Under the pieces are notes generated by a model. That model did not search any database. It had not been told where the DNA came from and saw only the letters and a program-made list of their open reading frames with translations. A DNA stretch of 64,000 nucleotides, taken from contig CM097885.1 of NCBI GenBank assembly GCA_044892525.1, positions 41,108,001 through 41,172,000 on the forward strand. The letters are read 5' to 3'. Origin of the DNA: Schmidtea polychroa (Eukaryota). This document shows, one piece after another, positions 1-14,128 of the stretch; the stretch's first letter is position 1, and every line of letters begins with the position of its first letter. A program made the translations under genes and the position numbers.

Positions 1-507
1 ATTAAAAATCTAAAAATATGACCACCATGGTTTCAAAAATAAAATTGCTTTATGAATTATTATTATTAAAAAATTAATAGTTTTCGATTATTTTGAAAAC
101 CATTCTTTCATCCTCAAAAATAAAATGACTATAAGTTTCGCTTTATCTTCTTTCTCTATTTAAAAGATCGTAGACTAAAGCCATAACCAATAAAACAAAC
201 AAATATGAGTTATAACAAATCATGTATAGTTATAGTTTATATAGCAATATAATCTAATTACCAAAACAAAACACATTAATTAATCTTATCTAAGAATTGG
301 AAATCTTTTTGGAAATAGGTTTAGAAATTGTGATACAATAAATTATCTTAATAGTGGTTTTGAGGTAGAAAATAGGTTTATTCACTATTATAAAGTATCT
401 TTTTCCGGGGGAAAATATATGATAAATTTATATTATTGTGTCAGGTATAATAAAAGTAATTTCATTTTTGCTATTTAAAACAACAATTTGAAATATTACA
501 TATTTAG

Positions 508-697
508 AAATTTATTATTGCTGTCAAAAACGGATGACGAATTAGACTGCTTCAATTTTAAATTTGTTCTTACGCAAAATACCTTTGGCAAGCTCCATAC
601 TTACGAAATTGTTGAGAATGGAGCCAAAATTCCGGTTACAAAAGATAATAAAAATGAATATATTCATGATGTAATCGAATTCCTATTAGACAAACAA
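508..697 (+). CDS. Internal exon of a HECT-domain E3 ubiquitin ligase (N-lobe)
   Basis: tttAG acceptor at 506-507 and GTAAAG donor at 698. Translation ...FGKLHTYEIVENGAKIPVTKDNKNEYIHDVIEFLLDKQ matches the HECT 'EL..NG..I.VT..NK.EY' motif; exon ends in phase 0. Confidence 0.85.
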
Positions 698-2311
698 GTA
701 AAGTTTTTCATTTCATTTATTATTCCAAAAAATAGCCTTTTGGCTAATTTAAAAGTTATCCTTTTTAATAATTCTGCACAATTAATTTTTAAAATTCATT
801 TAAATCTTTAAACTACCAAAAGATCAGAAAGGATTCAAATGGAAAAATACTATGGAAAACAAATATTTGTAAAACTTGCGAAATAAAAAATTATAAATAA
901 TTTAATTTAATTTCTTTTATTCTATCAATTGTTTAATCCTTAAATACCCAACACTGTTTTATATTAAAATTAGAATGTACACATTTATAAATTAATTTAT
1001 TTCGAATACTGAAACTGGGATTACATCATATATGACATTTCAAAAAGGAATGAAGTTAGCTGTGCTTCAAAAAATTGATTTGTGTCGTAAAATTTGAATA
1101 TTTACATAGAAATATAGATTTTAACGGTTGTGTCGTTTGAGATAGGAATATATTTAAGGGTTAACTTAGATTATAGAATTTCACAAATATTGGTTTATCC
1201 TTCAAATAAAACTTTTATTCTGCTGGTAAAATAAAATATATTTATTTTCTTTCAATAATGTAATGTTTTCTTTGTCACTTATTCATACTTTTGTTTGACA
1301 AGCCAATGGATTGTCTTTTAGTGCTCTTCTTTCTGTTTAATTATCTTATTTGTTTTATCCTTATAAACACATTTTTCATATTCCAATGATCCTTTATTTT
1401 TATTCGTTAAATAAGTCTAGGCTTGAAATTTCATATATTTTAAATTATTTGTGACACGCTAAGTGCAGCAATACTACTGAAATTTCTGAAAAATATTTTC
1501 CGCGTTTTTAACATGCATGTAACTGAGAAGCAAGGTTTGTTGAACGTGGCATCAATGTGAAAAGGATGAATGAAATAAACAACTTCTCACACAGCGTAAA
1601 TGTCCGCAGTACGTGAGTGACATATATAGTTTTGATCTATGTTTGTTTACTATTATTTCTGATTACTGCGCTTTCTATATGATCAATTCTTCCCTAACGC
1701 ACCGTTTTCACAACTATTAATTAAAATTTTTTATTTAATAATATTCTCTTTAACACACATTTCTATATAAGGATTAAAAACATTTATAATTGTTGAATTA
1801 CATAAAATATAAAATTTTATTTTCTACGAAAAATGTTGTTTAATGACTTCCTACACAGTCCTATTTGTTTTAGAGGTTTCTATAATTTTTAGTTTTCAGT
1901 TTCAACAAATATTGACGTTGATTGAAATTGAAAAAATAGACATGAGTCCTACCAAATATAAATTGAAATTTTCCCAATTAAAAATTTATTATTCCAACGA
2001 AATATTTTAATTATATAAATTATTGAAATACTCACAATTATTTTTTAGAATTTATGTAAACCTAAACCTGTGACATAATTTTATCTGAAATAATTTAAAA
2101 ATGCTCATATTTTTACATAAAACTTTGTTTTAATCCTCTAGAGTTGAATTAAAATGATCATAATTTTATTATGTTATTATAAATGTAAATTCAAAATAAA
2201 ACATATTTATAAAATATGTTAAAAAATTGAAAACTTTCTTACTGTTATTACATTATTATCATTTATTAACAAAAGCTTTTATTTTTGAAAAACATGCTAC
2301 TGAAATACATC

Positions 2312-2445
<134 letters not shown>

Positions 2446-2494
2446 AATAATTTGCAATGATTTAATTATAAGAAAACGCCAATCAAACATTCTT

Positions 2495-2540
2495 TTCACA
2501 ATATATTTCGACAGTTTTCCTGTCAGCATCAGGTAGGATA
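2495..2540 (-). ncRNA. Minimal type I hammerhead ribozyme motif, degenerate copy
   Basis: Minus strand CCTAC-CTGATGC-T-GACAG-GAAAA-CTGTC-GAAA-TATA-TT-GTG: intact stem II, one core mismatch. Confidence 0.55.
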
Positions 2541-3710
2541 TAATAACCAGATAAATTAAGGATTTTTTAAACTAATTTATTAATTGTATTAATTATATAA
2601 AAAAACATTTTTATAAAAACATTTAATTTTAAAATTTATAATTAAAATAATATATTATTTTTAAAATTTTAACATTTAAAATTTTATTAAAATAATTTAA
2701 ATATTTATTAATTATTTAATTTAACAACAACAAACCATACATACTATATAAAAAAATTATTTAATACATTTAAAACACAACTATTCACTGCATTCTGCAC
2801 ATTAATTTTCGGATTCAATGACTTTATCAATAACGCCTCACAAATCACACGTTCCCAATGATTATCGAAATTTTTTAATAAAATTTTAAAATCAGACATA
2901 CTTATTTTACTCTTACCGTCCTTATTGTGCTCACTAATATTGGTGAATGCCTTCGGTCTATAATGCTCTCGAGGTCAAATACACAGAAGACGGAAAGTTT
3001 CTACAATGTAAGTAGCATTACACCAATAACTCATAAACTGATAAACGAGATCGGAACAAAATTCGACCGGAGTTTTTGACTTATTAATAAACATATTGCG
3101 TACTTTCCATGAAGTTGACACTACCCTATAGTTAAATTCCCTAACTGCTTTTTTATCTTTCCTTTATAATCCTTTAAACCTTCTGAGTGGGGCAATACTA
3201 ACACAAATTTAGACTCATCATCCTTACTCACACTATTTAATTTATTTAACTCATCAGACTCACACGCCTCAACAAAATCACACCCAGATTTTCTTAAACA
3301 TGGATCCTTAGGATTTGTAATGAATTTGTCAACATTCTCTTTTACCATAATTAATAAAAAGGATTTTGAATAACCGTTCTTCATTAACATTTCAACCAAT
3401 TTGTCAACACTTTTTACTTAATTTTCAAAAGTAGAAGACAAAGAGCATGAACGATAAATCAACCCTTTCACCATATTTCTTTTATACTTGAATTCACAAA
3501 AACTTTCGGATGAAGTATAGAGACTAGTATCAGTTGGTTTTCTATACTGTCTCATAGTGTTTCTTTTAGTGTTGTATTAACAAATCCAAGAAAGCAAATG
3601 ATGATTTTTTCTCCGTTTCACATGTGAATACAATGTTTTATGTAGACTATTCATATAATGCAAAAACGGATCAACATTCCTCTGATCCTTAATTTATATA
3701 GTTATTATAT

Positions 3711-3753
3711 CCTACCTGATGAGAAAAAGAAAACTGTCGAAATATATCGTAAA
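3711..3753 (+). ncRNA. Minimal type I hammerhead ribozyme motif in Penelope pseudo-LTR
   Basis: TAC-CTGATGA(3716-3722)...CTGTC-GAAA(3739-3742)-TATA-TC-GTA: intact core and palindromic TATA loop 3, but stem II is damaged in this copy. Confidence 0.6.
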
Positions 3754-3810
3754 AAGAATGTTGGATTGGCCCAATAAATTAATTATAAACTGACAAAATT
3801 GACGATGATG

Positions 3811-3888
<78 letters not shown>

Positions 3889-4899
3889 TTAATAATATTA
3901 AAAATAATAATAATAATCGTGACGTGAAACATAATTAATTAAGTTTCTTACAGAAAATGATTGAATAAAATCTTTTATATATATTTTTTATTATACTAAT
4001 AATTACAATAATAATTAAGTTTTAAAGGTTTTTTCTTAATATAAGTACATTTATTTTTAACAATTAATAAAAAATTAATGACAATAATTACTGGATTTTA
4101 AATATAGCTAGAATACATAATTAAATAATTTAGAAAATTTGTATTTTAAATTATTTTCTTCACATTCTTAATATATTATTTATTATGGTTAAACTCTGAT
4201 TCTAGAAAACATTATATGGTGAACGCGGTCTTGATTTTATTAAAATGGAGGGGGAACATTTTTTCACTAAAATTAAACTGTGAAATCTTTCCGCATATTT
4301 CTACTAAAGTTATTGAAAATTATTGTAGCAAAATATAAATGGCATTAATAATCTAATAAAAATATACATCTAAAAACCATATAATGTTAATAGATGTACA
4401 TCAATCGTAAAATCTGAAATGATTTTTTCATAACAAATGTTTTCCTTTATTATCTGTCTAATTAACGACTGGTAAATGATAATTATAACTAGTTTATTTC
4501 AAATGTGTTCTATTTATAAATGCAATCCAAAAGACACTTGCCTCCCCCCTGAATTTCCCAAACCATTCTATTTTTCGATTAATTTAAACACATTTTAATT
4601 GATGCGCTCAAAAAATGTTGGAGAAACCCAAGACAAAAAAAATTTAATTTAAAGAGGCTTCCTGTTTTTCTTAATGTTATTAATTATATCTCGAAATCAA
4701 TGATTTCAAATCATGTTATTTGTATAAAAACTTTCAATATTAACTGACGTAATAAAAGTGTTCTATTTTGTAAATTAATGAGAAAAAAGTTCTATTTTGT
4801 AAATAAACGAAAAAAAAGTCCAAATTTGTATAATGCCCCAAATATTTATTATACACATGCATTTTTTTCAACTCTCTTCACCCCTAGAAAAATGTCTAC

Positions 4900-4963
4900 T
4901 TGGTAAAAAAAATATTTTGCCCCCCCCCCCCACCCTCTGGAAAAATTCCTGCAGACGCCCATG
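4900..4963. mobile_element. Probable single end of a hAT-type MITE
   Basis: C-run followed by ...GGAAAAATTCCTGCAGACGCCCATG, resembling CATGGGCGT-type MITE termini; no partner end found. Confidence 0.35.
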
Positions 4964-5039
4964 TATGGAGCCGCAGTTGAATACATAATAAAGGAGTAAT
5001 ATTGAATTATGTATATTCATAAACATATATTAGTTGCCT

Positions 5040-5700
5040 CTTTGAATATCATGCCATTATTATATGTGCCAGGCCGATTTCGTTTACAAATCATATTGAA
5101 AAATTAATTTTTAAAATCCAAAGTCTTTTTTAGTTGTTCATTCTGTTTCCTTATTAAATCTTATGTAAAAAGAACCGAAACCAGACTTCAAATATTTTTT
5201 AAAGTCATCCATGCTCTTCAGTTAGATTTCCATGTCGCAGGTAGTGATGATTGGGTTTTAATTATGGTAAGTTTGAAGTGGTTTAAATTTGCAGTCTCCA
5301 GCAGCATTTAAATCAAGTGAGTCTATTTTTAGGCATATTAAAACTTGACATAGACTTTTTTAAATTGGGATATATATGACTGATGCCGAATTTATTTTCG
5401 AAAATAACCCAGTTACGTACACATTAAAAATTTATTATGGTAGTTAACTTTCATTTTTTTATGATTTCTACTAGACTCTTTGAAATCGTTTGGTGCTTGC
5501 TATCAATGTATAAATATTATCATTTTTGCACGTTACGTCATCAAAATCAAAGTCATTTTCCTGTATGAGTTGCTGCATATCCTCTTTTCGCACAACGAAT
5601 AATTTTTATATTTTCCACTTTTCTTGATAATTATAGTAGATTACATTGGACACATTTAAAGAACACGTGTGAGGTGATCCATCAAGCCACCATTTTTTGA
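5040..5700 (-). pseudogene. Degenerate pogo/Tigger (CENP-B-like DDE_1) transposase
   Basis: Broken minus-strand frames give GWLD, FNVYVTGLF (DETGLF-like), NAAGDCKFKPL and LPATWKSN*RAWMT in the Tigger order. Confidence 0.7.
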
Positions 5701-5758
5701 AATTAAATAAATAAAATTTTATCTCAAATTACATAAAAATTATTATTAAAACTTAATA

Positions 5759-5994
5759 CTGCCTCTGTCCAAAAATGATAGTCCAGTTGCATTTAAGCCT
5801 TTTCCCCAAAATGATTGTCAATAGAGAATATTAAAAATTGAACGGTTTTGTAAAACCTTTTACAGTAAAAACATATTAAATAATTTTATTTTATTGATTG
5901 AACAAATAACAAAACTACATTTTAAGCATTTGAGTGGTTGCAAAGAAATTTCGATTTAAAGTGAAACTGGACAATCATTTTTGGACAGAAGGAG
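5759..5994. mobile_element. Stowaway-like Tc1/mariner MITE, 236 bp
   Basis: ~30-bp TIRs CTGCCTCTGTCCAAAAATGATAGTCCAGTT / AACTGGACAATCATTTTTGGACAGAAGGAG, flanked by TA on both sides (5757-5758, 5995-5996). Confidence 0.85.
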
Positions 5995-8900
5995 TATTTT
6001 ATTATAAAAACAATTAAAAAAATAAAATTAAAAATTTATATTCATACTTACCAAAATCGCTTTTCATAGGGTGCTAATAAATTTCATAAAATGTCTTATC
6101 AATTGCAGGTTGGTGTATTTTTACAATGAACACAAGAAAAAATTTATGAACACCACACGCTAGGAAGAAATCTTAATTAAGACAAAATAGAATTGTGTGT
6201 GGAGGAAAAGTAGTGGACCTGCATGACCCACTGATGTCTTTCTCTACACCCGTTTGCTTGAAATAAAAACATCTATAATATATAAAAAAAGTCAATAAAC
6301 TTATATTATTGAAACCCACAAACTTACCCGTGTGTTGAATTTTAATAATGGATAGAATAAAGCCATTTACTTTAGAAATTGAGAATGGGTAGTAAAAATA
6401 AATTTATCACACAAATACAGCATATAGTCAAATATGTATATAAAATTTCGATGTATTAAGGTTTTATAGAATATACGCAGTTTAAATTTCTATTTTTTGA
6501 AGAAACATGACAGGTAATGATTTTTAATTTTGTGCCAAAAATTCAAAAAAAGCCATGAAAAAAATGGGTAATGATGAAGACGAATTTCATTTTAAACGAC
6601 TATTATGAAAACAAAAAACTTCATTTAGCTTTATCATATACATATTTGAAGAGATAAAACTAAAAGATCAATATAAAAACCTTACAGCATTATTTGGTGA
6701 ATATTCATGAACAATGCATGAATAAAATAAAATTATGTAACAAGTAATTTAATTACATCATATTCAAGTAAAAAATTATTAAAATTTACTTTTAATTTTA
6801 AAAATATATAAAGAAATTACATATTTCCAAGACAGTCTGAAAAACAATTTCTTAGAAATAATGGCTCATTTATTGATGTACACAAAAACCTCTGCTATAG
6901 CTGCTTTTATTCCACAAAAACGGATAAATACTCGTTTACATGAAATACATTCTTCTATAATACATGTTTATGTACAATGTTTTTGTCTTGGATTTTTTAT
7001 TAATAAGTGAGTTTTATTAATTTTTAAATTAAATTTAATGTTGATTAACCACATATTTTTATTTTATTTATTCATTTTTGGGAAAAATTACGAATATTTA
7101 TTATATAATGTTTTAAGGTTTATTTTACTTTTTTTAGTTTTTTGTCTCAAAATTTATAAATTATTGAGATAAATTATACACTTTGGTATTTATTATAACC
7201 ATTTAATTTGAAATTGGTTTTCATAATTTTCTGTTTTCTCTATTAATTTATTTGACAACTTATATTATCTTAAACTTTGACAATGAATTCATAATTTTAA
7301 TTTGTCACTTTTTTTCCAAATTAAAGCGGTTTTTATTCCATAAACACGTTTTACATATAAAATGTTTACATACATTTTTTATTATGTGTTGTGTTTGTAT
7401 GTTCAATTTATTTCTCCTACTACTTTTCAATTTCTTATAAAAGTATTTATTCAATGCAACATTAAAATTTAACACAAGGAGAAGTTTGTACGTCTATAAT
7501 ATAAGTTTAATTATCTTTTTATACTATAAAAGTTGTTATTACATGCAAAAGGGTGTATCTCTTTCCCTCTCTCTCATGAACATACAATTTCATGTAAACA
7601 TAGATCAAGAGAAATAAAGTGCAAAGACAAATAAAAACATACATATCACATAAGTAGACTTATTGTATTAAGATAATTTATATTATAAATAGTTTTTCTT
7701 GTAATTATGTATATTAAAAATATTCTAATTACGAAGTCATAAACCTTTTTCACGGTTTGTCGGCTTTGTTTAAAATAAAAGACTACATTTTACTTTCATA
7801 TAATATAATCCTTATCATAATGATGTATAATTAATTAATAACATAATACTATAAATAATCTTTTAGCTGATGAAATAACTTCATAGGATTTTTCAAAAAC
7901 GAATGCAATTTTATGTAACAAAATAAATTTAGGAAATTAAAACAAGTAAAAATTATTTTCAAATTCCAAAGGAAAACAAAATTGTAAGAATAGTGTACGA
8001 TATGAAGCAAAAAAATATTATTATATCTGTGAAGATGAGTTGATGCATTATTTGCGTTTAAAACGTCACAAATTATTCATTCAACAATTAGTGCGACAAG
8101 CGGCTGAATAAAATAAATTATATTAATTTAATTTCATCTAAATTTCACATGTTTATACAAAAAAACTGGAATTATCAAAGAAATATTTTAAATTCTAATT
8201 CTACTAATTACTTCTTTATCTAATGGCTTATTAAACAACTGCCATAGATGGAATTCGTCTACGTTAAACTTAATTACAATAATTAAATAGAATTTTTCTT
8301 TATTTTTTTATTTTGAGAAATCAGTTTATAGAGACTGCTATGAGGTCTCAGTGAAATGGCACACCAATTAAGTTTCCCTAATTTCATTTTTTAAATTTTT
8401 TTACGACAATTGTGAAAGATGTCGCGTAGATTTTATTTATTTACCATTTTTTATTAAAAATATAAATTTCACAAAAAACACGTCACAAATACTCAGCTTA
8501 GCTAGAAATCATAAAATGAAGATTTGTTCTTCATAAAAACTAATCTTTGTCATAGATTTTAATTTTTATTTAAATCTTTAAATAAAAAATTCAAACCCTT
8601 TTTGATCCTTTCTTATAAAATGAAATCTTGATTTTGCCAGATATTACTGTGTATGAGAAAACATGATATAAGGCTCTTTTATGGTTAAACCAGTCTCTAA
8701 TTATAAAATCGGATACTAATTTTTTTCGGACGTATCATACCATTTTGGTGTTAAAATGCAACTTTATATTTGTTAAGATATATAAATATATAATTTTATT
8801 TCAATAATTTTCATATTAATATTTGTAAGACGATTTATCAAAATAATATATAATACACGTGGTATTTTGGCACAGTGTGTATTTTTGAAGGCTGTGCCGA

Positions 8901-10018
8901 AATATCGTGTATGTTATAAATTGTTATAGTCTTACAAATATTAGTTCAATTCTAATGTTCGAAATAAAGTACTTTGATTTGCCAGTAGCTAATTATTAAA
9001 AATAATTTATATTTAAGTATTAGCGTTATTGAAAAACAAATAAAAGTTTTAGGAATTTTAAATGTATAATGAGGATCATTATTTTGGTAAGTAAAGTAAA
9101 TCTTAGTTAAACAATTTATTTTAATTTATTTTTAAAATATAATAAAATATTTTTGTTAGCAAGATTTATAAATTGTTATAATTATTACTCAGTTTTAATA
9201 ATTAATTATATATAATAATTTTTTAATTTTTAATATTTAAGGCAGTTGAAAATTTATATTGTACTTGACATCATTTAATAACTTTACATATATAAATTAT
9301 GGTAAATTTTATGATTACCATATATATAAATCTAAAAATTTCATAATATAAATATATAAGTTGAAAATATATTACAATAATAAAATTTACTCATTACCAT
9401 TTTGACAATGAGTTCTGCTTTTTAAATTTTACCTATGTAAAAAAATAGATTTTGTAATTTTGTTTAAAATCTTATAATCTATGATTTTTATCTTGTTTCA
9501 ATTATTCTAAATGATATATGTAGTCTCCGCTACGTGTGGACAATTCTGCCTCCTTTGAGGATCTTATAAGGGTTATTTAACTTTTCTCGTCATTTTTTGT
9601 AATATTTGATTTTCAATTGTAAATTTGACTAATAGTTAAATTTGATTAATAAAATATTTGGATGCTTTCGAATTCTTGAAGATCAATGTAAACTTTCCAA
9701 AAATATTTAAAAATTTACTGATACCAAATGAAGAAAGAAAATAGTTGGAAAATCATTAAACATTTGAATTCAAAGGATAGAATAGCTTACCAGAGTGAAC
9801 CACATAAACAATCTTAGAAATAGCCAAACTTTATTATTCTATATATTTTAATAAACTTCGGGTTTATTATCTCAAATTTCTTTTGATTTTCTGTTTCTTT
9901 TTAAAACCCATTTAAATTTGAATATATTAAAGACATATTTTTGATTTTTTAATAATATTTGAAACTTAGGAATTTTAATTAAATCTATTAATTAAATTTT
10001 ATTGAATTAATATTTTAG

Positions 10019-10141
10019 ATAAAAATTCAATGTGAAAATTTTAAAAAAGGAATGGAATCTGTCATGCCGACGAATATATTGTCAATCTTGTCCACAAATG
10101 ATCTCCACCAGTTAATATCGAAAAATGATTCGAAACATTAG
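10019..10141 (+). CDS. Next exon of the HECT E3 ligase, ending in a stop at the N-/C-lobe hinge
   Basis: ttttAG acceptor at 10017-10018 in phase 0, matching the donor at 698. Translation IKIQCENFKKGMESVMPTNILSILSTNDLHQLISKNDSKH* matches HECT 'Q...F..GF..VIP...L..F...EL..LISG'. Confidence 0.75.
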   Translation: MKIQCENFKKGMESVMPTNILSILSTNDLHQLISKNDSKH

Positions 10142-10265
10142 ATCAACTTGATCATCAAATTTGTAATTTTAACGAAAATAATTTGAGTATTTCGTGATTA
10201 ATATATATTTATGTTTTTTATTATAATTTTTCTATAAATAATAATAATAATAATGATAATAATGA

Positions 10266-10847
<582 letters not shown>

Positions 10848-11438
10848 TTATTATTATTATTATAATTATAGAGGTTGATAATTAGAATAAATCTTTTGTA
10901 AAGATTGAAAAAAATTTTGCTTTTGAATATATTTCATGCATAAAACTTTTGAATTATTAATACTTAAAATCTAAATTCAAAAATCTTTAGACGGGGAGAT
11001 ATTTGAAGATGAATGAATTTTTATTGCATCTCTGATGGGCAATTCATTGAATTTTATTGCTAAGAAATTTTCATGTCTCGAAAAATATATTTTTCATTTT
11101 GATTATTTTGTGTAAAAAATAATTTAAAATAATATATTTTTTTGCATTAATTTAATTTTATTGTTTTTAATGATGAAATACCGGGAGAGAAATCAAGCAT
11201 CAAATGCTGACATATTTTTATTAAATTTTACATGAAAATTAATCAAATATCCTTATGATTATATGTGTTTTGAAAGACTTTTAAAGAACTCTTCCCCAAA
11301 CTAGAAATTATAAAAATCATAAAAAAATATCATAAACCAACTTTAAAAACTTTAATTTAAATACAAAATTTGAAAACAATTTATTTAACATCAATTCGAA
11401 TATGAGTACTTATTTATAATTATGTGACCAAGAAATTA

Positions 11439-11672
11439 TTAAATTAATAAAACAAGATATGTCAATGAACGATATATCAATCCTTTCACCATATTTCTCT
11501 GATGCTTGAATTCACAGAAATATTTGGATGAAGTATAGAGACCAGTATCTGTTGGTTTTCTATAAATCCCCGTTCCATTGTGTTTCTCTTTGCGCTGTAT
11601 TAACAAATCTAAGAAAGCAAGTGATAATTCTTTCTCTGTTTTACATGTGAATACAAAGGTTTTATATACCAC
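11439..11672 (-). pseudogene. Penelope RT C-terminal fragment (same family as 2470-3775)
   Basis: LAFLDLLI...IYRKPTDTGLY...NMVKGLIYRS; clear nucleotide similarity to 3445-3640. Confidence 0.8.
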
Positions 11673-12499
11673 TAATTTACCACTACATTAAAACAAATAA
11701 ATTTCAATTTTAGTCATTTCCCTAAAAAATTAATAAAAAAATTTCGACAAAAGAATTTTTTATTATTGAACTCAGCACAGTTCAATTTTCACTACCATCC
11801 TTTTCTTTTAATTATATTTCAAATTAATTAAAATTTGCTTCTTCTTTGATATTATACCTGGTTATAACTTAAACTTTTTTTGTTAATTATGTTTAATTAT
11901 TTTATAAATAACCTCAATAATTTGAAAATAAATTAAAATCGGAGAATAAAGTTATATAAAAATATTGATATTGGAACCTAATTTTGACAAGCTCCTCTCT
12001 TCTTTAAGGATTACAATAAAATAAAGATGGGTTACCTATAAACGGCACTGAATTTCTCATATTTTTCTATTAAGAATATATACTTTTTCAATCGTACCAT
12101 TTTAAACTAAAATGCAAAGAAAAATGAATCATTTGATAAACGTTTAATATTATTTAATTTATTACAAAAATAAAAAATACCCCATTTATATTTTAACAAA
12201 GATAAATATTAATATCAATAATACCACGTAGTGGAAATAAACAAAAATATTTATTTTTGCTACAATATTCACTGGTAAATTATTTATTTTATTTGTAGTC
12301 TGAATATTTATTTTTGAAGAATATTTTTTAACATTTAAATTTTAAAATATTTAAAATATTTTCATTTTTAAACTCAAACATCAATATGAATTTCTTAAAT
12401 GTACGAATATACTTATTATTACTCTCGTTAAAGCAATAAAATGATAATTTAAGCCTTTTGCTGCAAATAATGTATTTAATGAAAATATTTTCGACTATA

Positions 12500-13100
12500 A
12501 GATAGACCTGCTTTTCAACTGATGCAAGATCCTTTCCATTTTGACATCACCAATTCTGAGTTGTCTAAAGATATCGCGAATTTGCTAAGTTTGGACCGAC
12601 GTGATTTTGAAGCAGATATGCTTTTACTTCAAAGTCAGATCAATTATTCTAGAAACGATGAATCTATTTTAATGATGTGGACACGCCTCTTAAAGTCAAA
12701 TGAGTTTGTGGTTCTCAACTCAGCTATTGCGAAGCTATTGAGTATGTTTGGAACAACTTGGGTTTGCGAATCTACTTTTTCAGCTGTAACTTTCATAAAA
12801 TCAAAATACCGATCCAATATTAGTGATGAAAATTTGGAGGCAGAATTAAAATGTGCAATTAGCGTGAGGTTTACACCAGATTTCAAGGGTATTGTGCAAG
12901 AAAAAAATTGCCAAGCATCACATTAAATAATTTTTGTATTTTGTGTTTAATGTTATTAAAAAAACTTGTGTAATTCCTAAAATTGATTAAAATAAAAAAC
13001 TATTATAAAACATTTTGTTTTAAATTTATTTTAATGTGGCGAATGAAAATTTCTAAATTGACGATTGTGGCTACAATCAAATTTCTGTTGGACACCGCTG
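12500..13100 (+). mobile_element. 3' part of a hAT (Buster/Charlie/SPIN-like) transposon
   Basis: ORF 12522-12926 has the hAT dimerisation motif SMFGTTWVCESTFS...KSKYRS; right TIR GTTGGACACCGCTG ends at 13100. Confidence 0.85.
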
Positions 13101-13535
13101 CATAATTTGCAGCAAAAGGCTTAAATTATCATTTTATTGTTTTAAATAATAAATGCTGCTACCAAAAATCATCATTTTATATTACTCTCGTTGTTACATT
13201 ATTCATTTTGTTATTCTAGTCGAAATATTATTTTTTTTATTTTTGACTAAATTAAAATAGTTTATTTTACAAAACTCAACTTCAAAGGACAAATTAAAAA
13301 CATAGAGATTTGTTTTAATTAAATGTAAATCCGGTTACATCGGAAGAAGACATTAAGTTCTCTGTGAAATTTTGAGCACGTATCTCAATACAGGAAATAA
13401 TTTATGATGAATTCCCTAAAAAACCTGTGAAAGTTTCAACAATCATTTTGGAATATTTTGTTTCTAATTAATTTGTCATTTGTTGCATAACATATTCCTT
13501 TCTTACTTACAACTAAAAACCTAATTATTATTTTA

Positions 13536-13659
<124 letters not shown>

Positions 13660-13739
13660 GTATAAAATGATGATTGCTTGGTAGCAGCATTTATTATTTA
13701 AAACAATAAAATGATAATTTAAGCCTTTTGCTGCCTTTA

Positions 13740-14128
13740 TATAATTAGATTCAACACTCCCAAAGGTCTGTCACAAAATCATGGAGATAGTTGAAAAGGA
13801 AAAAAGAAAACCATATATCTCAAACCTAACGAAAGATGAACAAATCCCTTAAAAAGAAACCATACGTTTACTTACCAAGTGACAAAGGGGGAGAATTTTG
13901 CATTATAGAGAAGAATCGTTACTGTGAAGCTGGTTACGAACACCTCGGCAACACCGAAACATACAAGAAAGTCAGCAGCATGTCACCAAACACCATCGAA
14001 ATGAAGATCAACAAAGTATGGAAAGCCATAGCTTCGGAAATGAAGCTCAACAACAGAATAACAAACAGCTTCGTCATAAAAAATCTGATCTTCTCAACTT
14101 ATACCACCTAATTAAAACTCACAAAGAG
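13740..14128 (+). mobile_element. Penelope-like element, 5' part of RT gene (interrupted by Maverick 1)
   Basis: LPSDKGGEFCI... then, after a frameshift, LYHLIKTHKE, which joins across the TSD to GPAVNIRPIVS at 22032. Confidence 0.85.

Larger units (their letters stand above)
2470..3775 (-). mobile_element. 5'-truncated, degenerate Penelope-like retroelement with inverted pseudo-LTR
   Basis: Minus strand encodes RT C-terminal motifs (FLDLLI, YRKPTDTSLY) and a GIY-YIG-like segment (LVYQF...CNATYIVET...EH). A ~70-bp terminal repeat lies at 2478-2548 with an inverted copy at 3701-3770. Confidence 0.8.
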
